Below, in pieces: positions 46,430 to 58,839 of a stretch of 64,000 nt of DNA (positions are counted from its first letter, which is position 1; each line of letters opens with the position of its first letter). A program made the position numbers and the translations under genes. The notes beneath the pieces are model-generated. The model worked only from the letters and a program-made list of their open reading frames with translations. It was not told the origin of the DNA and did no database searches. Source of the stretch: Heterodontus francisci (Eukaryota); NCBI RefSeq assembly GCF_036365525.1, contig NC_090372.1, forward strand, positions 204,886,298 to 204,950,297, in the 5' to 3' direction.

Positions 46430-48365
46430 ATCATAGAAAATTTATGATACAGAAGGAGGCCATTCAGCCCATGCTGTTTGTGCCAGTTGACAAAGAGCTG
46501 CCCAGCTTAATCCCACTTTCCTTCATTAGGTCCATAGCCCTGCAGGTCATGGCTTTTCAAGTAGACATACAAATACTTCTTAAATGTGGTGAGAATTTCT
46601 GCCTCTACCACCCTTTCAGGCAGTGAGTTCCAGATCCCCACCACCCTCTGGGTGAAAAATATTTCCTCATCTCCTCTCTAATCCTTCTAACAATTACTTT
46701 ATAAATCTATTCCCCTGTTTTTTGACCCCTCTGCTAAGGTAAATAGTTCGTCCTTATTTACTCTAATTATGGCCCCTCATAATTTCATATACTTCAATTA
46801 AGTCACTCCTCAGCCTCCTCTGTTCCAAGAAAAACAACCCCAGCCTGTTCAATGTTTCCTCATAACTAAAATTTTCCAGTCTTTGCAACGCCCTCGTAAA
46901 TCTGCTCCGTACCCTCTCCAGTCCAATCACATCTTTCCTGTAATGTGGTGCCCAGAACTGTACATAGTACTCAAGCTGTGGTCCAACTAGTGTTGTATAC
47001 TGATCTAGCATAAATCCCTGCCATCGTATTCTATACCTCAGATAATAAAGGAAAGCATGTCATATGCCTTCTTAACCACCTTAACCACCTGTCCTGCTAC
47101 CTTTAAGGATCTATGGACATAAACTCCAAGGTCCTTCTGTTCCTCCACACTACTCAGTATCCTCCCATTTATTGTGTATTCCCTTCTCTTGTTGCACCTC
47201 CCAAAATGCATTACCTCACACTTCTCCAGATTGAATTCCATTTTTCACTTTTTTGCCCAACTGACAAGACCATCTATATCTTCCTGCAGTCTCAAGCTTT
47301 CCTTCTCATTGTCATCTTCTTCTTTGGCCTCCTTGTCTCGAGAGACAATGGGTAAGCGCCTGGAGGTGGTCAGTGGTTTGTGGAGCAGCGCCTGGAGTGG
47401 CTATAAAGGCCAATTCTAGAGTGACAGACTCGTCCACAGGTGCTGCAGAAAAATTTGTTTGTCGGGGCTGTTACACAGTTGGCTCTCCCCTTGCGCTTCT
47501 GCCAACTGCTAAGTCTCTTCGACTCGCCACACTTTAGCCCCGCCTTTATGGCTGCCTGCCAGCTCTGGCGAACGCTGGCAACTGACTCCCATAACTTGTG
47601 ATCAATGTCACAGGACTTCATGTCGCGTTTGCAGACGTCTTTAAAGCGGGGACATGGACGGCCAGTGGGTCTGATACCAGTGGCGAGCTCGCTGTACAAT
47701 GTGTCTTTGGGGATCCTGCCATCTTCCATGCGGCTCACATGGCCAAGCCATCTCAAGCGCCGCTGACTCAGTTGTGTGTATAAGCTGGGGATGTTGGCCG
47801 CCTTGAGGACTTCTGTGTTGGAGATACGGTCCTGCCACCTGATGCCAAGTGTTCTCCGGAGGCAGGGAAGATGGAATGAATTGAGACGTCGCTCTTGGCT
47901 GACATACGTTGTCCAGGCCTTGCTGCCATAGAGCAAGGTACTGAGGACACAGGCTTGATACACTTGGACTTTTGTGTTCCGTGTCAGTGCGCCATTTTCC
48001 CACACTCTCTTGGCCAGTCTGGACATAGCAGTGGAAGCCTTTCCCATGCGCTTGTTGATTTCTGCATCTAGAGACAGGTTACTGGTGATTGTCATCTGCA
48101 AGGCTAATTTTTGCCGCATATGCAAACTTCTTTATCATCCTCCTACATTTGTGTCTATACAAGCAATGATAAAGCAAGGGACTGAGGAACCCCCACTGGT
48201 AACAGCCTTCCAGCCACAAAACATCCGTCGACCATTACCTTTTGCTTCCTGCTACTAAGTCAGTTTTGGATCCAATTTGCCATTCTCCCCTTGATGCCAA
48301 GGGCTTTAAATTTTTTGACCAGCCTGCCATGTGGGACCTTGTCAAAAGTCTTGCTAAAATCCATT
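46430..48365 (-). mobile_element. 5'-truncated CR1 split by an RTE insertion
   Basis: ORFs 46763-47011 and 47038-47241; RT remnants 48098-48365. Confidence 0.85.
47318..48087 (-). mobile_element. RTE-clade LINE 3' fragment with 10-bp target-site duplication
   Basis: ORF 47370-48125: TLLYGS.AW, RRLRWLGHVSRM, C-terminal CSTC..GLYSH; (GAA)n tail; ATTGTCATCT at 47308-47317 and 48088-48097. Confidence 0.9.
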
Positions 48366-48794
48366 TATTTTTTGCATCTTCTACTGGGGAGACAGACACA
48401 AAATATTTGTTTAACATCTTGGCCATTTCCTTATTCCCCATTAAAATTTCTCCTGTCTCCACCACTTTCACTAATCTCTTCCTTTTTACATACTTGCAAA
48501 AGCTTGCACAATCTGTTTTTACATTTATTGCTGGTTTTCTCTGTCTATTTTCTGCCTTTGAATTACTTTCTTGGTTATCCTTTGCTGATTTTTAAAACTG
48601 TTCCAATCATCAGGATTAATATTCTTTTTGACAACATAATAAGCCTTTTCCCTTAACATAATACTATGCTTAACTTCACTAGTTAGCCATGGTTGTATAA
48701 TTTTTCTAGTGGAGTTTTTATTCCTGAAGGGAATGTATATTTATTGAGAGTTATGAATTATTTCTTTTAAGATTTAAGATTTAAATCTTAAGAT

Positions 48795-51005
48795 TTAAGG
48801 TAGTTATGGAAAAGGACAAAGGTGGACCGGAAATAAAGGTACTGAATTGGTGGAAGGCCAATTTCAATATGATAAAACAGGATTTGGCCAAAGTGGACTG
48901 GAAGCAGCTACTTGCAAGAAAGTCTACTTTACACCAGTGGGAGCAATGCAAAAAGGAAATAGTGAGAGTTCAGAGCCAACATGTTCCCGTAAAGGTGAAG
49001 GACCAATAAGCCTACGAAACCCTGGATGTCAAGGGATATATCAGATTGGATAAGGAAAAAAAAGGAGGCTTATGGCAGATTCAGAGGGCTGAAAACAGCG
49101 GAGGCCCTCGAGGAGTGTAGAAAGTGTAGAGCGGGGGATACTTAAAAAAGTAATTAGCAGAGCAAAGAGAGGGCATGAAAAAACACTGGCAGGCTAGATA
49201 AAGTAAAATCCCAAGGTGTTTTATAAGTATATTAAGGGCAAGAGGATAACCAGGGAAAGAGTACGGCCAATTATGGACTAATCTGTGTGTGGAGCCGAAG
49301 GACGTAGGTGAGGTTTTAAATGATTACTTTTCATCTGTGTTCACTATGGAGAAGGATGATGTAGATGTAGAGATCAGGGAGGGGGATTGTGTTATACTTG
49401 AACAAATTAGATTTGAAAGGGAGGAAGTATTAACAGTTTTAGCAGGCTTAAAAGTGGATAAATCCCCAGGCCCAGATGAGATGTATCCCAGGCTGTTATG
49501 TGAGGCAAGGCAGGAGATAGCAGGGACTCTGACACAAATTTTCAAATCCTCTCTGGCCACAGGAGAGGTGCTAGAGGACTGGAGGACAGCGAATGTGGTA
49601 CCATTATTCAAGAAGGGTAGCGGGGATAAACCAGGTAATTATAGGCCAGTGAGTCCAACATCAGTGGTTGGGAAGCTATTGGTAAAACTTCTGAGGGACA
49701 GGATTAATCTCCACTTGGAGAGGCAGGGATTAATCAGGGATAGTCAGCATGGCTTTATCAGAGGGAGATCATGTCTAACTAACTTGATTGAATTTTTCAA
49801 GGAGGTGATTAGGTATGTAGATGAGGGTAAAGCAATTGATGTAGTCTACATGGACTTCAGTAAGGCTTTTGATAAGGTCCCGCATGGGAGATTAGTCAAG
49901 AAGGTAAGAGGCCGTGGGATCCAGGGCAATTTGGCAAATTGGATCAAAAATTGGCTTCGTGGCAGGAGGCAGAGAGTGTTGGTCGAGGGTTGTTTTTGCG
50001 ATTTGAAGCCTGTGACCAGTGGTGTACCGCAGGGATTGGTGCTGGAACCCTTGCTGTTTGTAGTGTACATTAATGATTTAGCCATGAATATAGGAGGTAT
50101 GATCAGTAAGTTCGCAGATGACACGAGAATTGGTGGTGTCGTTAATAGTGAGGAGGAAAACCTTAGATTACAGGACGATATAGATGGGTTGGTAAGATAG
50201 GCAGAGCAGTGGCAAATGGAATTTAATCCTGAGAAGTGTGAGGTGATGCATTTTGGGAGGACTAACAAGGCAAAGGAATATACAATGGATGGTAGGACCT
50301 GGGAAGTACAGAGGGTCAGAGGAACCTTGGTGTACTTGTCCATAGATCACTGAAGGCAGCAGCACAGGTAGATAAGGTGGTTAGGAAGGCATATGGGATA
50401 CTTGCCTTTATTAGCCGAGGCATAGAATATAAGAGCAGGGAGGTTATGATGGAGCTGTACAAAATGCTAGTTAGGCTGCAGCTGGAGTACTGTGTACAGT
50501 TCTGGGTGCCACACTATAGGAAAGATGTGATTGCCCTGGAGAGGGTGCACAGGAGATTCACCAGGATGTTGCCTGGGCTGGAACATTTTAGCTAGGATTG
50601 CTTTACTTAGAGCACAGAAGGCTGAGGGGGGAGATGATTCAGGTATACAAAATTATGAGGGGCATTGATCGGGTAGATAGGAAGAAACCTTTTCCCTTAG
50701 CGGAGGTGTCAATACCCAGGAGGCATAGATTTAAGGTAAGGGACAGGAGGTTTAGAGGGGATTTGAGGAGAAATTATTTCACCCAGAGGGTGGTTGAAAT
50801 CTGGAACACACTGTCTGAAGGGGTGGTAGAGACAGGAACCCTCACAACATTTAAGAATTATATAGATGAGCACTTGAAATGCCATAGCATACAAGGCTAC
50901 AGGTCAAGTGATGGAAAATGGGATTAGAACAGATTGGCTTGATGGCCGACACGGACAAGGTGGGCTGAAGGGCCTGTTTCTGTGCTATATAATTCTATGA
51001 CTCTA
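48795..51005 (+). mobile_element. 2.2-kb 5'-truncated CR1 (full RT domain)
   Basis: ORF 49289-50200 (KSPGPD, YMDFSKAFDKV, SGVPQG, FADD); ORFs 50377-50927; 3' UTR. Confidence 0.95.
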
Positions 51006-51734
51006 AATATTTGGCATTGTTTATCTTCTGTCATATCCTTTAATCTAATTTTCTAATCTATCTCAGTGAATCCACCTCTCATTCCTCTGCAATTGGCTTT
51101 GTTTAAATTTAAGACCTTAGTTTCAGACTTAACCATAGCACTCTTAAACTTAACGTGAAAGTCCATCATATTATGATCACTCTTCCCCAGGTGATCCTTT
51201 ATGATAAGATTACTAATTAAGGTAAGATTACTAATTAACCCTTCCTCATTACACAATACTAGCTCTAAAATAGCCTGTTTCCTGTTGGTTCCTCAACATA
51301 TTGCTGTATAAAATTATCGCAAATGCATTCCATGAACTCATCCTCCAAGCTTTCTTTGGCAATTTAGTTTGCCCAGTCTGCATGAAAATTAAAGTCTCCA
51401 GGATTATTGCATTACACTTATTCCATGCTCTTCTAATTTCCTGATTTATATTCTATCCAAAACTATGATTGCTATTAGGAGGCCTATAAACTACCAGCAC
51501 CAGTGTTTTCTGCCCTTTGTTGTTTCCTATCTGAACCCATATTCTACCTCCTGATTTTCTGAGCCAAGATCCTTTCTCACTACTGCCTAATTCTCATTGT
51601 TTATTATCAGGGTTATCTCACCTCCTTTTTTCCATTTTTCCTATCTCTTCTAAAAGTCAAATACTCTGGAATATTTAGTTCCCAACATTGGTCACCTCGC
51701 AATCAGATCTCAATAATGGCTAAACCCATTTATC

Positions 51735-52521
51735 GGGCTGGATTTTACAGGCCCCCCAATGTCGGGGGTTGTGGTGGGGGGCCCCGAAATTACCTCCAGG
51801 AGAGGCCTGCCATGGGCCTCAACACTAGGAAGGCCCTGCCCTATATTACTGGCAGGGGTGAGGCCTCATGGGTTCCCCCCCCCCCCACCCCGTCACTGGG
51901 CGACGGAAACTAAATTTAAATATTTAAATAAATATTAATTGATACATAATTACTTATCTCGTTGCGATGGCAACCCCACACCAATATTCTGGCCAGCTGC
52001 CAGAGCTCCCACGCTTTCGGATCTCCGTTTGGAGATCTGAGGCGGAACATTGGTGGGAAGGGGGGAGGAGTGAAATTTTCAGGGCAAGACAGAGTGGGGT
52101 AAACTCTTGCTATTGGTTGAGGGGATGGTGGGAAGGGGTTGAAGGTCAAAGTTAATAAAGTTCGGGGGGTGAAAGTTCGAGATCGGAAGAAAAGATTTTT
52201 TAGGGGGAGAGGGCAGTTACTAAACTGATTAGTCTTGAGGGGGGGGTGTTGGGAGAGGGGATTGGAACTTCGAATAAAATTTTAATTTTTAAAAAACTGT
52301 CACTTTAAAAATTTAAATGCTTCGGAAGGGCTTCAAGCCCTTTAAAAATGTCACCAGTGCCTGCGTGGTGGCACTGGATGCCTTTGCTGGGGAGGGAGTG
52401 CCCACTCCCTCTACATCATCAGGGGTGGGCAGCGTGAAATATCATGGTGACTCTGTGGCGCACATCTTGCGTGTGCACCGCACCGTTTATGAAGCTCGCC
52501 GCAAGCTGGAAAAATTCCCCC
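51735..52521. mobile_element. Harbinger-type MITE
   Basis: GGGCTGGATTTT / AAAATTCCCCC termini; interrupts the CR1. Confidence 0.65.
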
Positions 52522-53753
52522 ATTATCTCTATTTGTATCTTTAATTCATCTATCTTGTTATGAATGCTACATGCAGTCATATACAACACCTTTAATTTTA
52601 ACTTTTAGCTCTTTTTCCATGACGCATCCTGAGTTGCCAATACCCTATTAGCATAGTTAAACTTTCTGTCCCATTCGGACACAATTGGCTTGATTTCACC
52701 GAACTGGCTACTCTGCTCTACATACCTTTCTTTTTCAGAATTTTCAGATTCATCCTTACCTGAACCCTCCCTCCCCCTTCTTAGTTTAAAGCCCTATCTA
52801 CCTCGCTGGTTATTCAATTTCCCGGTACACCGATTCTAGCCCTGTTTAAGTGGAGTCTACTCCAAGGGTGCAGTTCCCATTTTCTCCAGTACTGTTGCCA
52901 GTGCCCCATGAATTGAAACCCCTGCATCCCACACCATTCTTTCAGCCACACATCTGAAGCACTAATTTCTTTGTCCCTATGCCAATTTGCACATGGGTCA
53001 AGAAGTTATTGAGAGATTGTTGCCTTTGAGGTTCTTCTTTTTAATTTGTACCCTAGCTCTTCAAACCCCCTCAGTAGAATCTTAATCCTAGTTCTACCTA
53101 TGTCAATGGTTTCTTCATGGACCACAGCAATGGGGTCCTTCCCCTCCTTCTTTAAGTTTTCATCCAGTCATGCGGAGCTGTCCTTAACCCTGACACAGGG
53201 CAGGTAACACAGCCTTTGGAAATCCCAGTCATGATTGCAGAGAACAGTGTCCATCCCCTGATTATATTATCCCCTTTCACTACCACATTCCTTCTCATTC
53301 TTCCCTGCACTTACACCAATTTTGAATAAACGTAGGGTTACACCCAAAATCTTACCTGCCATAGGACCGGAAGTCACTAGCTCTGGTGTGTTTTAGTGAC
53401 TTTTTGTCTAATTCTCCTTACCGAGCTTTGCACTGTACTTTTTATATCGTTGGACGCTTTGATACGGCATCAGAATCAATCACATTAAAAAGAGAAAAGC
53501 TTCCACAATCTCATTCACTTAAACATGCTGTGCTTAATGGACGTAAACGATGGCTTCAAACTTTAATTTTTGTAGCATCAATAAGATAAAGAGGGAATTA
53601 AAGAATGAAAAAGGTGAATGTTCCGTGCTATACACGAGCTGCTGATTGTTTATACCAGTCTTGTCCAATAGGGTTAGCCACAGAGCCACATGTGATGAAT
53701 TGAGGAATCCTAGCAAATTAAAATTGAGTAATGGACACCATTGTTGGGCATGT

Positions 53754-54407
53754 GGGACTGAATCTTCGACACGGGATCAGGAACCCGAGGCCCAGATGAT
53801 TTTCACAAACTTCAAGTGTTAATGCCCTGACTGGGCAGGAGGTGAGCTCGGTGCCCAATTAGGTGGCACCGAGTGTCTGCAGGAAGCATGAACGGCCTGC
53901 AGAGCATAAGTGGCAAAGGCAAAGGCGGCAGCCATGATGGGGCCTGATGCTGCCTTGCCGATGAGAGCAGGCAGCTCCATGGAGGACCAGCAGAATAAAG
54001 AAGTGAGGCAGCACTTCCAGAATGGAAAGAAAATGTCCTGCACTTGGCCACACGCCGGATCCCCACTCGCCCAAAATATTTCATCATGCAGAAATAATGT
54101 TTTACCCCTGCCCACTGTGAGCCTGAGAACTGAGCATTATTGTGCACCAGACTGATCGGGGCTCACAGCGGACTTTGTAAATTACAATGTGGATGCCCCC
54201 ACACGGTCCCTAAATGAGTTCCTTCATTGGGTTTAATGGGTCCGTAATTGGAGGCGAGCAGCTTCCCCATTCCCTCCCCCGGCCCTCACTTGGAAAATGT
54301 CAGACCATCCCAGAGGCGTCAGGTTCCGGAGACGACCTCCAGGACCGCGATTTTCAAATTGCATCCGCACTGGGTCCCAACCCCCCGGTTCTTTGAAAAT
54401 CCGGCCC
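53754..54407. mobile_element. Harbinger-type MITE
   Basis: GGGACTGAATCTT / AAAATCCGGCCC termini; GC-rich body. Confidence 0.6.
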
Positions 54408-55001
54408 ATGATCTTAATACACATATCCACACTGCTTATGGATATGATCTTTAATCTTTTGAGTGTTTGTTGACAAAATGGTCAGATGAAAATCATTATG
54501 AGTGATTTAATTCCTTATGTTGGTTTATGTTCAAGTAAATGTGACTGTGTGTAAGGCAGTGTGTACATGTGGCTTAAACAGTGTCACCATAGCCACACCT
54601 GTGGCTGGTCAGCGGTTTCCATTTGTTAGCAATGGTGTATGCTGATTGGTGCTCGTTTTAGGTTGGTTTTTACGTTTGGGTGAAGGCTGAGAGCTTCTCA
54701 GGAAATTTCCGCCTAAGTCGTCATTAGCAAGGCCGGCTTAGAAACTGGTGTAAATTTCAGTGTAAATCAGATTGAGGAAATTTCAGACATTTGAGGGTCA
54801 TGCCTGTTACTCTGAGTGAAGTCCCACAGTATGTGTGGATGCTGCAACTCAGGGATGGGGGATGTTTATAGTTAAGTTCCCAAGCACAGCAACAATAAGA
54901 AGGAAATCACACAAGGGGAAGCTTAAGAGTTTGTGTAACATGTTATTTTCTTGATCTTCTGCAGAGTGAACAGTGATGAACTCCAAAGCAGCCAAACACA
55001 T

Positions 55002-55146
55002 TAGAACATAGAACATACAGCACAGAACAGGCCCTTCGGCCCACAATGTTGTGCCGATCCTTTGTCCTCTGTCAAGGACAATTTAATCTATACCCCATCA
55101 TTATCCTTTATCCATAATAGAACATAGAACATACAGCACAGAACAA
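55002..55146 (-). mobile_element. Two stacked CR1 3' tails
   Basis: TAGAACATAGAACATACAGCACAGAACA occurs at ~55002 and ~55118; the first continues into GGCCCTTCGGCCC. Confidence 0.8.
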
Positions 55147-55659
55147 TCTTTCTTATTTGCATTATTAAGGTGATCACATTGAGTCAAAGAGCTTTTGAGC
55201 CATATTTATCAGAAGGTAAGATACCCTCTGTGCTTTTCGCATTCAGCGTCAGCTTTGAGGTCTCATTGTTCAGTTTTACCACAGACCATTTCCACTTGTG
55301 TCTATTCTATTCCACTGTGAACTGTACTCAGTGTCTCAGAAGGGCTCCCCTTAGAGAACCAGTATGATGTTTTCAAATTCCAGCCCACGCATCACTCTCG
55401 GGGTTTCTTTGAGTGATCTTGTGCAGTTTAGTGGCAATGAGGTGAATTTTGTTCTTTACTGCCTGGGTATTAAGCATCGCCTGAGCAGAGCGGAGGAAGA
55501 AACATCTGGTGGAGAGCTTTGCACGCCCCCTCGTTGAAACCCCTGGATTTTCCTTCCATCAGTTTCAATGGAAATATTTCTGGCAGATTCTCTTCCTGGT
55601 GCTCGCGATCCTACTCACCAGATTATCCTTTCTGTGTTGTGCCCAAGTGATGTTTAACA

Positions 55660-55925
55660 TCTGGCCTCAACCTCAGTGGGTAGCATTCTCACCACTGAAT
55701 CAGAAGGTTGTCGGTTCAAGATGACTCTGGAGATTTGACCACTAGGCTAATGCTCCAGTGTAGTACTGAGGGAGTGCTGCACTGTTGAAGGTGCCATCTT
55801 TCAGATAAACCGCGGCCCCATCTGCCCTCTCTGTAGCACCTTTGTATTTCTGTAGCACCTTTCACAACCTCAAGACATCCCAAATGCCAATGCAACACTT
55901 TGGAAGTGTGGTCACTGTTATAATG
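55660..55925. mobile_element. Deu-SINE head (+) and tail (-) fragments
   Basis: CTCAGTGGGTAGC..GGTTCAAG..CAGTGTAGTACTGAGGGAGTGCTGCACTG head; reverse-complement tail TAGCACCTTTCACAACCTCAAGACATCCC. Confidence 0.65.
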
Positions 55926-56681
55926 TGTCGTGGTAGAATCTTACAAGTTGGTGTCTGGTTCACATCAGTGTTTGAAGTCACAGTGTAGCTCATGTACTGG
56001 GTCTCAATCTGACACCTCAGCATATTAACGCATGGCAGTGTCACGGCCCTTCCAAAAGGGTGCCACACTCGGTGCACACAAGCTGCAGTGTAACTCAAAC
56101 CTGATGTGAAGCCATAGAATGCTTTCAATGTTAGGATGCTCCCAGCACCTCTGCCAACATTAGGAATCAGTTGCTGGGGGAGGGGAGCTCTGCACATGTG
56201 CTAACTGGTGTGCACATGGAAAACTGGCCAGTGCAGTGAGTCAGAATGTAGCTTTCCATCTCATGGATCTGATGGGATGAAGGTGTCTTGTGAGAATGTT
56301 GTGTAAGATGAGTTTGATCTGTCCCAATCCAATTCCTAACTGGCGTAGGCCTATGGCACTGACCAATCCACCATCCAGCTCTTCCAGTTGGGAATTGCAC
56401 CCAGAGGGAGTGCAACTCAGGAACTCACAGGCTGCCTTGACATCCTTCCTGAAGTGTGGTGTCCCGAATTGGACATGATACTCCAACTGAGACCTAGCCA
56501 GTGATTTAAAAATGTTTGTACTCTATGTACTTTATAAAGCCCAGGATCCCATAAGCTTTGTTTAACAGCTTTATTAATTGTCCTGCCTCCTTCAAAGGTT
56601 TGTGTACGTACACCCACCTCTCCCCTCCCCCGCCGCCCCCACCCCCAACCCCTCCCCCTCCCCCTGCAGATCTATCTGTTC

Positions 56682-57148
56682 TAGAGTTGCCAACTCCAGT
56701 TGACTGTATTCCTGGAGGTTTCATCACGTGACCTCCCCCCTCCAACAGCAACCCCCACCCTCCCCACCCCAATCCTGACATTGGTCACCCGACATGTCCA
56801 TCCACAAGTTGCTGTCTTCCCATGGCCAATTGGAAAACAAAAAGACTCTTCATTACCCAATTAGATTATTTGCAACATAAAACCTGAATCGTTAACTCTG
56901 CTTCTCTCTCCACAGATTCTGCCAGACCTGCTGAGATGATTTGCAACAGTTTGTCAAACAGCTTTACTTCCCATATCTCCAATGTTTTTTTAGAATTAAT
57001 GTTCAAAGAAAATGAAAAAACAGAACACACAATCTTACTTAATGCCTCTGATTTTTATTCTCCTGGGTTAGCTGTCAGCAGTGTTTAATAGAGATTAATC
57101 CTCAATTCCTGGCAACTCCAGGCCAATCCTGGAGGGTTGGCAACCCTA
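56682..57148. mobile_element. hAT-like MITE with 8-bp TSD, inserted in a CR1 fragment
   Basis: TIRs TAGAGTTGCCAAC / GTTGGCAACCCTA; flanks ATCTGTTC / CTCTGTTC; Penelope-like piece at 56880-56935. Confidence 0.8.
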
Positions 57149-57769
57149 CTCTGTTCCTCCACTCCCTGTGTTTGAAATTGTACTGATTTTCCTCTCCTTA
57201 GCCCAGATGTATTGACCCTAATTGTAGTGCCCCCAGACTTCACAGTATGATCAGCTAACAGCCCAAACTGAGAATAGAAGTGGTGGCTTTCTGTTCCAAC
57301 CAAACCAGGCACCTATTAACAAACTCATTGAGATAGGCATGGATGGAGGGGAGGGCTTTATTGTGGGCTTAAAGGAAATCTGGAGGCATTCATGGTGACC
57401 AGCTGTGTCACACCCAACCGGTGACCTACGACCCCTCACATTCAAATTATCGGACAAAAGAAAAATAGTCTTTGAAAGGGTCTGTGGAAATCTACAAAGC
57501 ACGTGCAAATGCTACTAGGTTCTGCAGGTAATATGATCTGTTTAAAAAAAAATCAGGGCTTGTTTCATAGTCACAGTGCATTTAGTTGGGTGCACAGTGT
57601 GCGTTCTGGCCGATTGTTGTATGAGAGCGCTTCATTCTAATCTCTGTGCCTCCCATTAACTTCAGATTGAAAGTAATCTATTTAAATGTTAAAACTGCAC
57701 AGTTCACTTTCTGTGGGTTAGAGTCAGTTTGGGGGAATGCAAACTACAAAGCAGGAGGAACAATAACTG

Positions 57770-58420
57770 ATACAGATAACTCTTGTATGTACATACACAC
57801 ACAGAGTTAGATAGACAGGTATGCAGGCAATTAGACAATCAGTTAAATAGACAGCTAAGTAGATAGATTAATAGATTGTCAGATGAATAAAAATTAGAGA
57901 CTCAAATAAACAGACAGACAATAAATAGATTGACAGACTGATAACGGTTAAATAGATAGATAGTCAAGTAGATAAATAGGTATGCAATAATATAGATAGA
58001 CAAAGCAGCCCGCTTGATTGGCACCCCTCGCACCACCTTAAACATTCACTCCCTCCACCACCGACGCACAGTGGCAGCAGTGTGTACCATCTACAAGATG
58101 CACTGCAGCAACTCACCAAGGCTCCTTCGACAGCACCTTCCAAACCCACAACCTTTGCCACCTAGAAGGACAAGGGCAGCAGATGCATGGGAACACCGCC
58201 ACCTGCAAGTTCTCCTCCAAGATGATGGCTCACTACCACTTTCTCAGGGGCAATTAGGGATGGGCAACAAATTCTGGCTTAGCCAGCGATGCCCACATCC
58301 TATGAACAAGGAAAAAAAATCGTACGTAAGTAAAATATGCAGATATACACTAAGGAAGATAGATAAACTGATGGATATTCTGTTAGATAGATCTGTAGAT
58401 AGATAGATTGCTTGATATAA
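57770..58420. repeat. Degenerate (GATA/GACA)n simple repeat split by a family-B LINE 3' fragment (57998-58320, +)
   Basis: TAGATAGA/CAGACAGA-rich flanks; the insert encodes HSLHHRRTVAAVCTIYKMHC. Confidence 0.75.
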
Positions 58421-58839
58421 TGGGACCAGAATATTGTGTGGGTTGTGCCCACTATTTCCCAAGGTGCCCATTCGACAGGCAGGTCTCAGTGCCAGGAGGG
58501 GGGCTTAGCAGGATTAGCCCAATGACTTTATCCCAGCTGCAGTATGGGTTCGTTCTGAGCCTCTTCAGGTAGTGAGCTGGAAAAAGCTAATGAGTCCGGG
58601 CAGCTGTTGTTTATAGACATCGATAAACAGCAGCTGCACATTCTCATTAACTCCTTTCCAAGTGACTACCTGAAGAAAGCATCAGCCAACACGCTGTGCA
58701 ATGCTGGGACTGCGGAAATATCTCTGCCACAGTGGGGGCTCACGTGTCCCTGTATATTAGTGACTGTTCAGTACGTGCACAGCCAGGATATGAGACTCTC
58801 ACCCTTATGAAACTATTGGGCCATCATTACCAAAGCTTT

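Larger units (their letters stand above)
48365..53295 (-). mobile_element. Old CR1 with ORF1 esterase and ORF2 5' part, split by a + strand CR1 and a MITE
   Basis: Minus strand VVVKGDNIIRG..LCYLP (~53190-53285) and GFQFMGHWQQYW..LHLNR (~52840-52920); LGKSDHNM (ORF 51053-51256). Confidence 0.75.

Noticed and set aside
56618-56668. C-rich tract (G-quadruplex on minus strand) as a regulatory element
   Set aside because: Low-complexity expansion inside a CR1 fragment; nothing supports a function.
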